From Azolla caroliniana (taxonomy: Eukaryota > Plantae > Polypodiophyta), in assembly GCA_043228905.1 (NCBI GenBank), contig JBHGNT010000007.1, forward strand, positions 19,778,001-19,842,000: a DNA stretch of 64,000 bases, in the 5' to 3' direction. Under the pieces are notes generated by a model. It saw only the letters and a program-made list of their open reading frames with translations, searched no databases and was not told the DNA's origin. The translations under genes and the position numbers were made by a program. Each line of letters opens with the position of its first letter. The first letter of the stretch is position 1. This document shows, piece by piece, positions 63,465 through 64,000 of this stretch.

Positions 63465-63597
63465 GAATTACTACTTCACTTATATCTTTCTGAAAGGAAT
63501 GAGGGTTTTCTTTCCATCATCGCCCAATTAAACCTGATGATGGATGGTCTCGCTACATGGGCGAAGCTCATCGAAGCAATTCGATGGAGCAAAGGCA

Positions 63598-63636
<39 letters not shown>

Positions 63637-63699
63637 CAACCTTACAAGAGGAGAAGTAAACAAACAAACATATGCCCCTGAGTTTTCCATTGATTCCAG

Positions 63700-64000
63700 A
63701 TGCCATGACCTGGGAAGCTCATAGACTCTATCCGATCTCATGACCTGGGAAGCCCCATCGACACACGATTCGATCTCATCGCCTCGGAAGCTCGTCATCA
63801 CGATTCGATCTCGTGACCCTAGAAGCTATTCGGACACCATCCGATCTCGAGGTCTTGGGAAGCCATTCGACACAATCCGATCTCATCATCATGGCCTCGG
63901 AAACCATTCGACACGATCTGATCTTATGACCTTAGAAGCCATTCGACACGATCCGGTCTTATGACCTTAGAAGCCATTCGACACGATCCAATCTTATGGC
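63700..64000. repeat. Degenerate ~35-bp tandem repeat running off the window end
   Basis: ATGACCTTAGAAGCCATTCGACACGATCCGGTCTT units (63926, 63961), with more diverged copies back to ~63700. Confidence 0.88.

Overview
Eukaryotic land-plant nuclear DNA, most likely a fern or other seed-free plant (inferred from the intron-rich genes, a BK/Slo-type K+ channel, a fern-style PLS PPR gene, a Tcn1/Tf1-like chromovirus and very dense microsatellites). Bases ~1.1-13.2 kb are a four-level nest of transposons. A Mutator-like element (~290-bp TIRs, 9-bp TSD) contains a decayed L1-type LINE. The LINE is split by a 6.4-kb Ty3/gypsy chromovirus (351-bp LTRs, 5-bp TSD, apparent tRNA-independent self-priming site), which is itself split by a 1.1-kb solo-LTR-like insert (4-bp TSD). 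The rest of the window holds seven host genes: a multi-C2H2 zinc-finger protein, a PS2/PECP-type HAD phosphatase, plastid sigma factor SIG1, a BK/Slo-family K+ channel with a weakly charged S4 and no acidic Ca2+ bowl, a cryptochrome with DAS motifs, plastid ribosomal protein S10 and a PLS PPR protein with a truncated E domain. Smaller features include promoter and UTR tandem repeats (I-box array, uORF-generating repeat), a G-box cluster, tRNA-derived SINE-like copies, a decayed trnN-like sequence and a long hairpin. All calls were made by eye with no database searches; exon boundaries are hand-inferred.
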